From contig OX597826.1 in NCBI GenBank assembly GCA_951406725.2, positions 60,036,001-60,284,000 on the forward strand: a stretch of 248,000 bases of DNA, written 5' to 3'. Source of the DNA: Octopus vulgaris. Taxonomy: Eukaryota. The notes under the pieces were generated by a model, which saw nothing but the letters and a program-made list of their open reading frames with translations, did no database searches and was not told where the DNA came from. Of this stretch, positions 169,803 through 185,470 are shown piece by piece (within the stretch, counting starts at the first letter, position 1; every line of letters begins with the position of its first letter). The position numbers were made by a program, and so were the translations under genes.

Positions 169803-170862
169803 GACGGGCTTCTTTCAGTTTCCGTCTAACAAATCCACTCACAAGGCTTTGGTCGGCCCGAGGCTATAGTAGAAGACACTTGCACGAGATGCCACACAGT
169901 GGTTCTAAATGCGGAACCACGTGGTGGGTAAGCAAGCTACTTATCTCACAGCCACTCCTACGTCTTTATATTGAGATATGAATATAAAATCATGTGTGTG
170001 GAGAACAACCTCACTTGAAACTGGAAGTGTTTTATGACAATCTGGCCAGTAAATCCATTATATACGCACACGTGTCTCATAAGCGTCTATCATTAATTGC
170101 CGGTAAGCTATTTTGATGCTAGTTTCTTGTCTGCTTTCTCTGAAGAGCAAACCAACATTCTGTTTTCTTGGAAACAGAAATAGAGAGAAGGCAGCAAGGC
170201 TTCTTTGTTGTAGCGCGCAGAGCGTCAAGTGTGTCCACGGATAATGAATTACCGTCACATTGTTCTGCTTCCGCAGCCACTAGTAACGGTTTCCAAGCCG
170301 ATGGAAGTAAGGAAGGTGAAATATCGTCAGGAGCAGTCATAATTTTACATGAATTCATTCAGCTACATGATTTGTTCATGCACCGTTGAAGTGCCGCGAG
170401 TACACAAGTGCTGACGTTTTGGATTTGCCATACATTTTGAATGCCATCCTGATCACAGTAAACAATATTTGGAGCAGGACATCTGTAATTTTAGCGCTAA
170501 CGGTGGTCATACTTGGTAATGAATCTACAACCACTCTATATTGGATATAAGCATAAAGTGAAGTTATGATATAGGAATGGGAAAAACTCATATTGTCAAA
170601 GACAGAAACATAGTGAGTTTCTTGACAGCCGACCGAGACAACAACAAAGTACACAACAATGAGAATATCATATAGAAGCTAATATATATAAACATGGTGA
170701 ATAAACAGGGTAAATAAAGGAAACGATGTTTAACAGCCAATTATGTCATCAGAGATGTATTGAGATGACGACGACGGTGAGGTGTACGTTATGTTGTATT
170801 GCTTCGTAATTGTCTCCTCATCCATCATATTAGGAAATTGATTAGTTGTGTAAAGAACTACA

Positions 170863-170901
<39 letters not shown>

Positions 170902-170917
170902 ATACATACACAGAAAC

Positions 170918-170967
<50 letters not shown>

Positions 170968-171566
170968 ATGTGTGTGAGTTGGAAATATAGCAATTTTGAC
171001 AGATTAGATCTAATAACCTAACTTTTGCTCATTTACAAAGAACAGAAAGCTGGCATGCGAGAAATTACTTCACAAAGTGACAAACACATTTACAAGGAAA
171101 AGAAAAAAAGTCCAAGAACAAACTTAAAAAGCTTGGAAGATAAACTACACAAAAAACAACTACCAAATACTATGCGTGGTTCTCGTAATGTTTCTTCGAC
171201 TTCAAATTTCTCACTTGAAGTTTGACAACACTAAAAATTGAAAACAATGACAATTAGGTATTCAACGGTTTTTCATTTACAAACGTATGCTTGGTTTTCA
171301 AACAATGTTATGTTTAATTTATTATAATTTCATTAACATCACCAAGTAGGGTCGATGTAAATGATGAAATAACACCAAGTGACATTACATACATCACAAA
171401 CAGCGTCGGATTCCATAAATGATTTTCTTTCTCTGTAATTCTTTAACGTTTCCATACGCTCATAAGTTCTTACTTTGGTAGACGAAGATCTGTAAATAAC
171501 TTCATAAAAATTACAGGTGGCTGGGCGGGCTAAGAAGCTTGGTTTGCAAACCCATGGTTTTGCGTT

Positions 171567-171619
<53 letters not shown>

Positions 171620-172635
171620 ATCTATTTCAAGCGTAAATTGACAGTTCTGATAAGGACGATGTTACTACGTTTTGTGTCACTTTAAAAGTATATACCACGA
171701 ACAAGGCTAACCTCTGCGGCTGAAAAGAAATAACCCAGAAACCATGGTCCGCAGGTTCTGTTTAAGACTGGGTGGTGTCAATATCTCCCTTGTTTGAGGC
171801 ATAAGGACGCAGATGTGCGTCGGTAGCAAGCTGGAAATGATGTTTTCCTGGGACTATAAAAGTTAGTAAAACTGTCCGAAGCAGAAGTTTGAAAGCAGTT
171901 CATGACCATTGTGTCCGGCTAACGAAGTTATAACACGCATATACTGATTGAAACCCTATTACACGTGTTTATCTATTCAATCTCCGCGGCGCTTTCAAAT
172001 TATTTGGCTTGATGAAGCGACAACTGCTGTATTAACAGAATACTATTTCTTTGTATATCTATTCTATTACACATAACTAAATGAAACGGAACTGACCAAC
172101 TAAGATGAACATGTCCAAAGAATGATCAGTATCAAACATGTGTCTTGAGTAAACGCGACAAAAAACCTCCATTTGAACCTAAATTTATTTTGTTAAGGTA
172201 TTATCTGGCCAAAGAAGATTCCATTGGCTAAGAAACTGTCTTTGCAACTTCGTGGCTTCGGGTTTAGCTCCATTGCGTGGCATCATTGCAAATATCCTTT
172301 GCAATAACCCCGGGCCGATTATTGCATTCTCGGTGAATTGGTTAATCAACATTACTCTGTGAGGATAATTGGGCAGATTTCTCTGCCGTATAAATATCAT
172401 TCCATGGACAGTACGCTAGACCGTCGCAGGATTATTCACTTTTACCAGCTGAATTGACTGAAGCAACGAGATATGAAGTATTTTGCTCATGAACACAATG
172501 CATTTCCCAGTGCATCGAAACCACAACCTTACGATCATGAGTACAACACCGGAAACACTAAGCTATGAACCTCCACATTCTGAGTGAAATAGTAAAGGAA
172601 AACTGCTTGGAGGTCCGTCGTATACATATATATAT

Positions 172636-172704
<69 letters not shown>

Positions 172705-173479
172705 AACATATTCCTGTAAATATATGTGTGTGTGAGTTTGTGTACATATAATTGTGTGTATATATGTATAATGTGTGTCTGTGTGTGTTAATGTCTGCCA
172801 CCCTCCAACACTTTCCAACTGGCGCTGATTTGTTTTTGAACCCATAACTCATCGGTTTGGCAAGCGACCAATAGAAAACCAGATTTTAAAATAAAGTATT
172901 GCGGTCGAAATGATTGACTAACCCTCTTCAAGGAGAGTTTCCATCTCGGCATAAGTTCATTAACTGAAAGAAAAAAGTTTGCAGACATCCTTGCGGCATG
173001 ATCAGAAAATATATATATTAGGGTCCACAAACCACAGAAGTTTTAATATCTATAAAACATGAATAAACCACCACATTATTAAATAGAAAGAAATTGAAAG
173101 CTTGATATGTTTTAAATGTTTATCTTAAGCGTTTCTGAAGATTAATAATATCCGCACCCACCAACCATACGGAGTTGATGTCTTTAAAGAAATTTGTTGT
173201 TGATTCACGTTAAAATAATCTTTTTTACATTGTCGTCTATGTTCCATTCCAGCGATGAGCTACGAAATCGATTCCATCAAGGCACTCATGCAAAGGAGAC
173301 ACAATACTTGGAATTTTATTAATTAAGATAAAATTACTGTTTACTAATGAATGTCACATTAAGACGTTGCTGACCGATTTCATAAGAGAAAATGATTTTT
173401 CACAGCACATATAAATCAGGAATAATGTATATTTTTCAATTACACGTGGATCTATCTGAATATATAATATAAAAATAGC

Positions 173480-173715
173480 AGCAAGGCGGCGAGCTGGCAG
173501 AATCGTTAGCACGCCGGGCGAAATGCTTAGCAGTATTTCGTCTGCCGTTACGTTCTGAGTTCAAATTCCGCCGAGGTCGACTTTGCCTTTCATCCTTTCC
173601 GGGTCGATAAATTAAGTACCAGTTACGCACTGGGGTCGATGTAATCTACTTAATCCGTTTGTCTGTCCTTGTTTGTCCTCTCTGTGTTTAGCCCCTTGTG
173701 GGTAGTAAAGAAATA
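173480..173715 (+). mobile_element. SINE family A copy
   Basis: Full-length match to the family A consensus. Confidence 0.88.
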
Positions 173716-174592
173716 TATATAATATAAAAATAGATGCATGAATTTATCAAGTACACACTGTGTGTTTGGTTTAACGAAATAATATAATGTTATTTAATTC
173801 ATATTATATATTGATAAAATCAGGAAAAATGATAGTCGTCGTATTTCAAAACTTAGACATGCTGTGGAATAACTAAAGACAATTTTGTAATCAGCGTCCA
173901 AAATAGATTTAAGAAAAGGCTAAATTGAAGAAAAAGAAAATTATCATGTTAACCAGCGTAGTTTATTGAATTTCTCAAATAAATTAAATACTTGTTAAAA
174001 ATCTTCTTAAAACTTAGTAATATTTCAAAATATTTGTACAATCTACGATGTGGTTAAGCAGCAAATTGGCTAAAAAGCAAAGAAAATATTTTCTGAAGAT
174101 ATTGCAAAATTTTTCTAATGTTCATTTATCAGTAACAGGTGCACCGGTTGCTGGTTAGATGTCGACAATTAACTTCAGCAATTTCTCCTCTTTCTTTCTA
174201 TTTGGTATGTTAACTAAAAATATTTTGAGTTTTTATTCTTTTAAGCTTTTTGTTTCTTTTTACCGTTCTTTGTTCTTCTTAGCATGATTTGTTTTGTTTT
174301 CTAAATAACAGAAAAGCAACTTGGTAAATTATTCTAATTCCTAAAATCAACAAATATTCGCACAGGAAATGATATACAACCGTTTCTACATACGTGTGTA
174401 GCAAAAGGCATACACCTATGTACATGTGTGTGCGAGTGTCTGTCAGCCTGTGTACTTTATGTTAGCAATTTTTGAATGCGTAATTTTTTTTTATAATCGT
174501 GAGTGCTCGAGTGAGTGTGGGCATACCTGCAGCGTAACACTTCATGTGCGCGTGCGTATGAATACATACAAACATACATATATATATATATA

Positions 174593-174662
<70 letters not shown>

Positions 174663-176158
174663 TATAGTTCTCTGTAGTCCTATTTAACCAGGTGTGCCAG
174701 TGTATATACACAGGTTTATAAACCATTAAACAACATAAACAATGCACAACATTTTTCGTTAACTCGACAAGAATTATGTACACATTGAATGACATGTTAT
174801 TCTTTCTTGATGTCATTTTGTTTACTTTCCTTGTCTTTATTTGCAGTTTCTTGATCTAAAACGTTTCTTCATTTTTCTGTTGAGTGGCAAATTTTTCATA
174901 CCCTTTCAACTTTATTTGTGTTTTATCAATGAGTTGGCTTTTAAAATTACCAGGAAATAACTTAATTACATTCTTTTGAAAATTGGAACATTAATATGCT
175001 TTAGAAATTAAATATTTTAAGCAAAGGTGACATAATTACATCGATACAATGTGCAACCAAGTTTACATCGATACTATGTGCAACCAAGAAAACCCAGATT
175101 TCCTTTCAGCAACATATGATAGTCGAAATCATTAGACCGTATAGATGGAAAACTCAAAAAGTCCGCTTTTCTTAAAGGCCAGTCCCTTAGCGAGCGCTTA
175201 GCTTTTAAGCCTATTCTGCCGCTTGCATTTGAGGTTTTCATTGATTTACATTACCGATATTCGAACGCTATGGAAGACTACGTAGATAACTGTCAATATT
175301 TATCTTTTATTGAGACGGCGAGCTGGCAGAATCACTAGCATCCCGGACAAAATGCTTAGTGGCATTTCGTCCGTATTTTCGTTCAGAGTTCAACATTCGA
175401 TGAGATGGTCTTTGCCGCTCTTCATTTCGGGTTCGATAAAATAAGTACCAGTTGAGGATTGGGGTAGATGTAAGTAACTTAATCCCTTCTTCGAAATTGC
175501 TGGTATTTCACCAAATTTTAAATCAGAATTCAACATCTGCTGGAAGATGAGAGTAACAATTTACAGGACAACGCGAGAAATTTGAGAATGAGACTTTGGT
175601 TTTTGATTGTATATTAAAAAAAAAATTATTACATCGACCTCAGTGCGTAACTGGTACTTATTTAATCGACCCCAAAATATGAAAAGCAAAGTCGACCTCG
175701 GCGGAAATTGAACTCAGAATGTAACGGCAGACGAAATACCACTCATTTTCACCAACTGAGTGGACTGGAGCAACGTGAAATGAAGTGTTTTGGTCAAGAA
175801 CACAACGTGTCACCCAGTCCGGGAATTTGATTGTATATTTAAAGCAAACAATACTCTTAGCTTTAGAATTACACAGAGAGAAAGGACGACTGAGCCAAAG
175901 GGACGTGCACGTTTTTCTCCTGCCTCTATTACATCATTACTCTGTATGTTCAAACAAAAGAAAATGAACAAAATATGAACATGATTTATTATGAATACAT
176001 CTACAATGTTTCAATATTTTCCCCTAAATTTCAATTTACTGTTATTAATCAAAATACGCGCTTTTGGATATTCATTTATGATGGCATCACCAATGTTTCC
176101 TTTTATAGTTTGTGCCGTGATTTATTCAATTCATATGACCGTATGCATTTATTCGTAC

Positions 176159-176207
<49 letters not shown>

Positions 176208-177850
176208 TGTGTGTGTGTGTATGTGTGTTTGTGTGTGTTTAGGTGTACCTATACACAGACGCACAAACACACAGAAACACACACACATATATACATTTGC
176301 ACATGGTACATATTGCTAAGTATAAATACAATAGTTCGAATTGTGTCCCAAAATTCTGTGGCATATTTTCGATAACTTGCCAATGAATTTGCCGGAAAAT
176401 TATAATTAGAGACTTTGTTATGGGTCCATATTATCCATAAAAGAAAACGATTTCCCTATTGAGATAGACAGGATGTTGAAACATAGACAAAGCACTATTA
176501 ACGCTTGGTTGCAAATTTTACCTGCATAGCCCCTTTTTAAATCTCTTAAAACCTCTTCAAACGTATGAAATACGGTTTAACAACAATGAAGAAATGAGAA
176601 ATGATTTACACAGTTGACAACGAGAAAGCATGTTATTTGGTGTATTACTTTTCCCCAAATAGCATGCTTTCTCGTTACCATCTGTCCAATACTTCAGGGT
176701 TGCTTATTTTTTCAATCCTGTAAAAATGGAAGTAAAAATTTAATTCCTGGTGATTTGAACACACAAGATACACATCTATCCCTTCAACACAGGACAACTT
176801 AGCAACTTCTAAATATCCTGGAAGTTCGTTAATTTAATAATTTCTTATGATAGTTTCTATTTTAGCCACAAGAGAACAAATTTAGTTGAATACCATAATC
176901 TGTTTCTTTATTTTTCGACACTCAGAGAATGAAATCCAAAACTGTGATCAGTAGGGTTTGAACGCAGAAAGTAAACATTTAAAACATATTTTTTCTAATG
177001 CTCTAAAGATTAGACCAATTCGAAGGTTTGAATAGAGATTAAATAAAACGTAGAAAATCGAAACAATCTGCCAGCTGGAAGAATATTTAGCAGGTATGGC
177101 TGTGTTGTGAGAAGCTTATTTCTTAACCACATGGTTCTGGGTTCAGTCCCTCTGCGGGATACTTTGGGAAAGTATCTTCTACTATAACCTCAGACCTACC
177201 TAATCTTGGAGTATATTTGATAGACAGTAACAGAAAGAAGCCCGCCGTATACATATATATGTATATATCTATGTGTAAGTGTCCTTGAGTCTGTGTTTGT
177301 AACCCATCATCACTTGACAACCGGTGTGTTGGTGTAGTTACGCCCCATACTTTGGTGGTTCGGCAAAAGTACCGATGGTATAAGTACCAGGCTTTAAAAA
177401 GAAAAGCAAGTCCTGGAGTCGATTTATTCGACTAAAACCCTTCAAGGCGGTGACCCAGCATGGCCGCTATCAAATGACTGAAGCAAGTAAGGGTAAAAGA
177501 CGTCGGTCAAAATGCTTAGCGGCAATAATTTGGTTTTGTGCACTGTGAATTCAAATACTGCCCAGATCGAATTTTCCTTTCGTTTTTTTTTTTCGGTGTT
177601 GATAGAATAACATACCAGTCAAGATCGGGGTCCATGTATTTGACTTGTCCCTGCTCGTAAAACATCACTGACCTTATATCCTGCAAGGGACTACCATTTC
177701 CTTCAAGCCGGGATGTTGTGAATTTAGTCACTTAGGCTCCAAGGAAACAGCGTGTTACTAGTCCTAGAGTTCAAGAAAACTAGGAAAAAATATCTAAAAT
177801 TCAATGACAGTACCATATATATATATATATATAAAATTTACATCTATCTA

Positions 177851-177881
<31 letters not shown>

Positions 177882-177936
177882 GTATATATATGTATAAACC
177901 AATATATATGTATGCATGTATGGACTTATATGTGCA

Positions 177937-178013
<77 letters not shown>

Positions 178014-178800
178014 TAAAAAATGATTTGTAAATGTGTACAAGACATTTACAGATAATTTCAAGTTCATGTTTCGAGTGTTAAGTGAGAGGGGCGTGGGCGT
178101 ATTTTTGATGATTCTCATTATACACTAGAATATATTTGAACAAAATTCAGAAATGAATGTAAAGAATGTAATGAAAGTGGAGAAATAAGGTAGTCAAATG
178201 GCTTACAGAATAGAGAAGAAAAATAATTTATGAAAAAGTAAAGGGTTCAAAAAAAAAAAAAAATTAAGAGAAGGAAAAAAGAAAGAAGAATGTAAAAGAA
178301 GTGAATGGGTTGAAGAAGATAAACGAGTGTTTATAGAAGAAGAAATAAAACAGTTGATCAGCGTTAATAAAGGAAAAAAATAAATAATATTTCAATAAAG
178401 TGAAACACAGTAAAAAATAAAATGTTAACGTGATTCATTTTCGAGATTGAAGTTCTTTTATCAATATTGAGATAAAGACAAGAGGATACAAAGCGGTTTA
178501 CTAATAATTTTCAGTCTCAAACGAAATGAATTTGAACGACTCTTAGCCACTACTCGAAAGGCTTTTGCATCCACGTGCGTGCGCATACATGCACACGACA
178601 CAGGTACACATGTACAAACATGTACATAAATTTATAAATCCAAAATTCTGCTTACGTATACATAGACATACACACGCGTAAATATATGTATACGTATATG
178701 CGTGTACGTGTGTGTGTATATACAAATATGCATACATACAACCACACATACACACACAAATATGTTATATAATGCATATGCACATATATGATATATATAT

Positions 178801-178833
<33 letters not shown>

Positions 178834-178921
178834 CACACACATATATAAATATATACACATACAAATATTATATATATGCGTACACATATACGTTCATATA
178901 TGCATACATATATATTGGTAT

Positions 178922-178986
<65 letters not shown>

Positions 178987-179039
178987 TATATATGTATGTA
179001 CGCATGTATATATATGTGTGTATATATGTGTATATATAT

Positions 179040-179319
179040 TGTTTGTTCCTTCTAGAGCCATGCCTGGCTCATAAGGGCTGATTTCCCGGTTTCCTTGGCG
179101 TATACGTTCCCCACCTGGACGGGACGCCGGTCTGTCACAGTTGAGCTCCAAGATGCAGGAGAAAAGAGTGAGAGAAAGTTGTGGCGAGAGAGTCAGCAGA
179201 AGTTCGCCATTACCTTCTGCCGGAGCCGCGTGGAGCTTAGGTGTTTCGCTCATAAACAGACACATCGCCTGGTCTGAGATTTGAACCTATGATCCCTCTA
179301 AGCACTAGGCCATGTGGTA

Positions 179320-179320
<1 letters not shown>
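179040..179320 (-). mobile_element. SINE family C with alternative tail
   Basis: Tail ...CGTCCCGTCCAGGTGGGGAAC...GGAAACCGGGAAA...GAGCCAGGCATGGCTC; similar copies at 62980-63275, 155930-156090, 211085-211385. Confidence 0.8.
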
Positions 179321-179376
<56 letters not shown>

Positions 179377-180112
179377 TTGTGAATCCGTTTTCGTTTAGTG
179401 CGCTTTACACTATCATCTGAGGTGCTCCGTCATCATAATTCTGTGAAACTTGATTTCTACCTTTCTAGACTCTTATCCGAAACTCCAAATGAGAAGATTA
179501 ATTAGTTGCGCCTCGAACAACTAAGAATATATTTCAAAATATGAAAAATAGAAACCAAAATTCGCTTGAAAGTTCATACATAAATGTCAAAATAAGGAAG
179601 AAACTAAATACTAAGTTCTAAACTAAGAATGAGGGGTCGTTGTATCATTCAATTGAGTTTGGTATGAAAGTGTTATTTAATTTTTGAACCTTAAATTTCA
179701 TAGTTAGCATCAATCTATCCTCGAAATTGACGTCTTATGGATATATTCAATGCACGACTATTCTCTTTTTTTTTTCTCTTTTTACTTCTTTCAGTCATTT
179801 TGACTGCGGCCATGTTGGTGCACCGCATTTAATCGAGCAACTCGAACCCGGGACTTATTCTATCGGTTGTCAAGCAATGCTAGGGGGACAAACACAGACA
179901 CACAAACATACACGCACATGCATATATATATACATATATACGACGAGATTCTTTCAGTTTCCGTCTACCAAATCCACTCACAAGGATTTGTTCGGCCCGA
180001 GGCTATAGTAGAAGACACTTGCCCAAGGTGCCACGCAGTGGGACTGAACCCGGAACCATGTGGTTGGTAAACAACCTACTTACCACACAGCCACTCCTAT
180101 GTTTCACCCTTT

Positions 180113-180211
<99 letters not shown>

Positions 180212-180623
180212 ATTATATATATATAAGTTAAAACTACAACTTTTAAAATTTAACAAAATGTAACCAAAATTCCTGTAGTCATACCGATATACGATCAAAT
180301 TAAACATTTATAGCTAGCCATTAACTGCAACACAATCAACCTCGAACCCACCAACACAAACGCATTTAAATAGGACAAACATATAATAAGTAAATACATT
180401 CATGTATACAACGTTCTAACAACATGCAGTATTACAAAGGTATGCCTGTGAATAAAGTAAAATACCCATCTAAAAATGTCAGAATGATATGTGGACGCCT
180501 CTGATGAGAACCCATTTATGTTCGAAAATCGATTAATGTTGTTCATCAATTTTTTTCAGTCTACAGACAAATGAGAAAATTTCCCCTGTTTATAATTGTA
180601 CCATATGTTATACATATACATAT

Positions 180624-180680
<57 letters not shown>

Positions 180681-181118
180681 AGGTGAGAGGAGGGATATAA
180701 TATCCAGGCAGATACCGAATTTCTCTGAGTCAGAATCATTTCTGTCAATGTGTTTTTTGGTACTTTTCCTTTAATTCCTATCTGATGTTCCGGTTTATTT
180801 CTTGGCTTCTTAGGGTGTAAAGAACAATGTGTGTGTGTGTGTGTATCTGTGTGTGTGGACTAGTGGTTAGGGTGTGGCACTCACCATCGTAATATTGTGG
180901 TTTCGATTCCTGGAACGGATGACGCGTTGTATTCTTGAACAAAACACTTCATTTCACCTTGCTCCAGTCCACTCAGGTGGCAAAATGTGTAATCCTGAGA
181001 TGGATCGGCGTCCCGTCCAGGTGGGGAATATTTACGCCATTGAAACCGGGAAGCCGGCCTTCATGAACCTTGCATACCTCGAGAAGGAAACATTTCTATA
181101 TCATTATTATTATTATTA

Positions 181119-181155
<37 letters not shown>

Positions 181156-181178
181156 GATTGTTGTTGTTATTGTTATTA

Positions 181179-181214
<36 letters not shown>

Positions 181215-181217
<3 letters not shown>

Positions 181218-181798
181218 GAGTGAGAGAGCAGTTCATGCCATCAAAGTGACACTGGGGTAAAATATAAGAAGCCCAATATACCCATCATGACTACCCGTCT
181301 GATAAGGGTACACCAGGCACATGCATCACAACCATATGTGTGCGATATGGTGATCTCATATCAAGATAAACAGCGCATGACCTTGCAGGTGGGGCCAGTT
181401 AGAATTTTCTTGAGGTTGAGTAGCCCATCCCGCTCAAAAGGTCCCTGAATAAGGGTTATTTAAGGATATTGAAAGAACCACCCATGTTTCCAGAGGTGAA
181501 TTATTCAAACCCCAAAGAATCCCTCTCAACACATAGCTATGATGCTCCCCCACTACTTCTGCGCGTGATCAGAGATGCACATATCGTCAGCCACTAAGGA
181601 ACATGCTCAACTGGTTAAGGTCAAACAACTGACAAGCAAATCTGTGGTATTGAGCAGAATATTTGCTGTAGCCCACCTTTTATACCAAGACAAAACAATG
181701 TACATGATAACACTTCCAATCAGTTAAGATCAGAAGCCATGAGAGCCACTGCCTGGTACTGCATCAGGGCATCCACTGCCTGGTACTGCATCAGGGCA

Positions 181799-181800
<2 letters not shown>
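181215..181800 (-). mobile_element. Second copy of the (AAT)n-embedded element
   Basis: Reverse complement of 132293-132820, with a tandem duplication of its first 28 nt or so. Confidence 0.75.
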
Positions 181801-181889
<89 letters not shown>

Positions 181890-182078
181890 GTATTTATGTA
181901 TGTGTGTGTATATATAGTATGCGGAGGGATATAACAACCAGGCAGATACAGATAACGAATATCTGAGGCAAAGTATCAAGGTTGGGTCCCTCTGATTGTG
182001 TGTCTTTTGGTAAGTTTCCTTTAGTTCGCATCCGATGTTCCAGTTTATCTCTTGTTTACTTAGAGTATAACGTATAAT

Positions 182079-182137
<59 letters not shown>

Positions 182138-185031
182138 CATATATGTATATATATATATATATATATATTATATATCTATATATATATGGAGAGAGAGAGA
182201 TAGAGAGAGAGGGGGAGAGAGATAGCTATACGTATATATTATATATATACATGAAATACATGTATGTATATACCTATAAATTTATGTACATGATATATAT
182301 ATATATATTTATGTGTGTGTATGGGTGTGTATGTATATTGTATACCGATATTATATATACACCGAAATACAGAAATCTAATCCAACGTTGATGAAGTTGT
182401 TATGTACGAATTGAAGAAAAGAAACCCACCAACCGTTTCAGAAATATTGACATTCAGTGAGATTGTTGCCGCGCAGAAATTTATGAATTTGACAGTGCAT
182501 CTAATTAAATCAATCAGAATCTGTTTTGTCCCAAGGCACGGTCACTAATGAAGTATTCCATTGCTAGTTATTTGAGAATGTCCGATTTAAAAATTAATAC
182601 TAGTTTTAACTAATGTCTCATATTGTATGAAGGGATAGAATTTCTGATAACAGTTCAATACTGAATCTATCGGATTTGCGGAGAAGTGTTATGATGGCCT
182701 GTGTAGCTATATTCATCCATGTGAAAGGTCATATTAGTGTTCAATAAGTTCCGTTGCCGTGATGAGTTGTGGAGTCAAATGTTCCTAACCTTACCCTTCA
182801 TCTTGGAGTGAAGAAGCGAGAGAGAGAGAGTGTAATGTTATCATATCCTGTGCTGCTTGACAAGTAAATGACGAATGACCGAAGTTGAAGGAGTGTTCGT
182901 GTTGGTGGTGGGACGTGATGTGAGACGAGATTAGGCAATAGTGAATAAAGTTGTACAGGAAGGTTTGGAAGTAAGATAAAACTAATGATGAGGAAACTAA
183001 GAATTGGAGGAATAAATAAGAGTAATATTGTATCGTATGCAGGGCATCATGGACAGGTAGATTTTATTATTACCTTACATGGAGCAATACGTTGCGTTTG
183101 AAAGAGTTTTCGGAAGAGCTAAGTAGAATCTAGTTTTACATCTTACGCTATGTTTGGGACCCCATTCCACACCAACATAAAACTATTGGCTGATATTGCG
183201 TAGTGAAAGCTGTAACAAGAAATCAGAGACTAAATTTTCAATCTGAAAACAATTTCCACGGTTTTCTAACCTCAATTTTCGGTACTGACTAGGAAGGGCA
183301 TGGATAGAATCATTTTACTTCAGCTCGGTTCGCATAAAATATGCAAGAGGTCCACTTCAAAATAAAGAGACTGATGGTACAAATAAAGATTGTTTGAGTC
183401 ATGGAAATACTTACAACACATGCAATTAGAAGAGTTATTTATGTATAACAATCACTATACAAGGATATCTGAAGTAAGAAACACAATCTTTGTAGGTTAA
183501 GATGTATTACTTAATGAAGTCGTTACATGCTCAATCTGGATTTACGTGCTTGATATCATCATTACTTTTGTAACTGTTTAACCCCAGATCGCATCTATGA
183601 ATGATAATCTCCATGATAAAATCTCTTCTAATCCCGATCTCCTCTTCCTTTTTATTATTTTTTTGTTGTTGTTCGCGCAGCATTTATCAGATGCTTTATA
183701 TTCCAGTGTAAGTTAAGGCACTAACTGTAGTCATTACGGTATACTCTTACTCTCTTTACTCTTTTACTTGTTTCAGTCATTTGACTGCGGCCATGCTGGA
183801 GCACCGCCTTTAGTCGAGCAAATCGACCCCCGGGACTTATTCTTTGTAAGCCCAGTACTTATTCTATCGGTCTCTTTTGCCGAACCGCTAAGTGATGGGG
183901 ACGTAAACACACCAGCATCGGTTGTCAAGTAATTCTAGGGGGGCAAAAACACAGACACAAACACACTGTTATGGTACGCAGAAAATTTTAATTCTAGGAA
184001 GCCGAGCGAAGGCTTAACATACGCCTAGGTGTTCCATTTTCTACCTTATTTTAATGAAGAAATTCGTTTGAAGATATCAATGGTTTTGTTGAAAACTATA
184101 TTATGTTGAATGTATTTATTCATTGTGGCAGCCATATAGCGTTGGCCATGCTAATTTGGAGTTTTTATATTGTTATACATCCACTCCTATGTACACTACA
184201 CATATTTACATATAGATGTGTGCATGTGTGTGTGTGTGTAAGCGTGTGTGTGTGTGTGTATCTGGCTGGCTGTCTGTTTCTCTCTCTCTCGTTCTCTCTC
184301 GTTCTCTCAATATATATGTATATATGCATGGATGTATTGTAACAAGGAAGGACAGTAGCTCCGGTGGGAGCGCTGCAAAATATTTTTTTGTTTTTTTTGT
184401 TTACTTCAGACGACTCTTCTTTTGACTCTCACCTGTGGGTCTTTATGCACAAGACAATTCGTCAACTCCAGAGCTGTCTCAAACAGTCTAGCTAGCTGAC
184501 CAATCTTAAATTTTTGATGTAGGTCTTAAAACATTTCTGTGTCGTACGAAGAGCAATAAAATATCAGGTATAGTTTTGATCATAGGATGGTACTCTGCTA
184601 GAGCGAGGGTATCGTAGACTCATTCCGTATGTATGCGTAGCTGCTCGTTGCTATTTCACATTTCTTGTTGGCCAATGTTTTCCGCATTGGATACATACAC
184701 GGTTCTTAATTTGTGATCAGGTTACCAGTGAAGATCATTTTCTGTGACTCGTAAACAACTTTCGTATGATTTCAAAGATTTATTTCATTTTTCCGTCTAC
184801 AACAATCACTTTTGCGAAAAATGGCACTCTAAACAGTCGCAATGGTCATGCTTTTTTTGTGACATCGTAGAGGTTTTCAGGTGATAAACGAATCTCTCTC
184901 CAAGGACAGGAGGCATCTTTATGAAGTGTGATATGATACTGACTCTATACCAATCAATCGACACCCCTCACTAAATTTGCCGTTCGTGAAGAAGGTATGA
185001 CGCTTTCCGAATTGCGTCAGCTGTCCCTTTT

Positions 185032-185470
185032 TATTGGGTTGTCCGGAAAGTTCGTGCCGATTTTTAAAAAAAGGAAAACGTCAATAAATACTTGCTATTA
185101 CATTTTTAATCAACTAAATATAAACCATTTTTTTGCAAAATGCGTTTCCATATTTCCTTTAACTAGAAAATACCCCCTTACCAGAATTGAGGTAGTTTCA
185201 TGGTAAAAAAAATTCATCAAGATATTATTTTACGTTATCCAAGGAATTGAAATTTTTACCATTAAGACTATTCTGCAGAGACCTGAATAAGTGGAAATCC
185301 GAAAGAGCAATATCTGGTGAATATGGAGGGTGGGGTAACACATCCCAGCCGAGCTGCAGCAATTTTCGTCTGGCTCCCAAAGCATCAAGTGCGGAAAATG
185401 AACTCTTTTATCTTCAATTAACACAGGTTATAGGAATATAAATCTTCTTCCAAGAAAAGATAGCTTAAAC
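185032..185470 (-). mobile_element. mariner remnant (C-terminal catalytic region and right TIR)
   Basis: Minus strand reads LLQLGWDVLPHPPYSPDIALSDFHLFRSLQNSLNGKNF (YSPDL-type motif). TIR TATTGGGTTGTCCGGAAAGTTCGTGCCGATTT at 185032. Confidence 0.9.
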
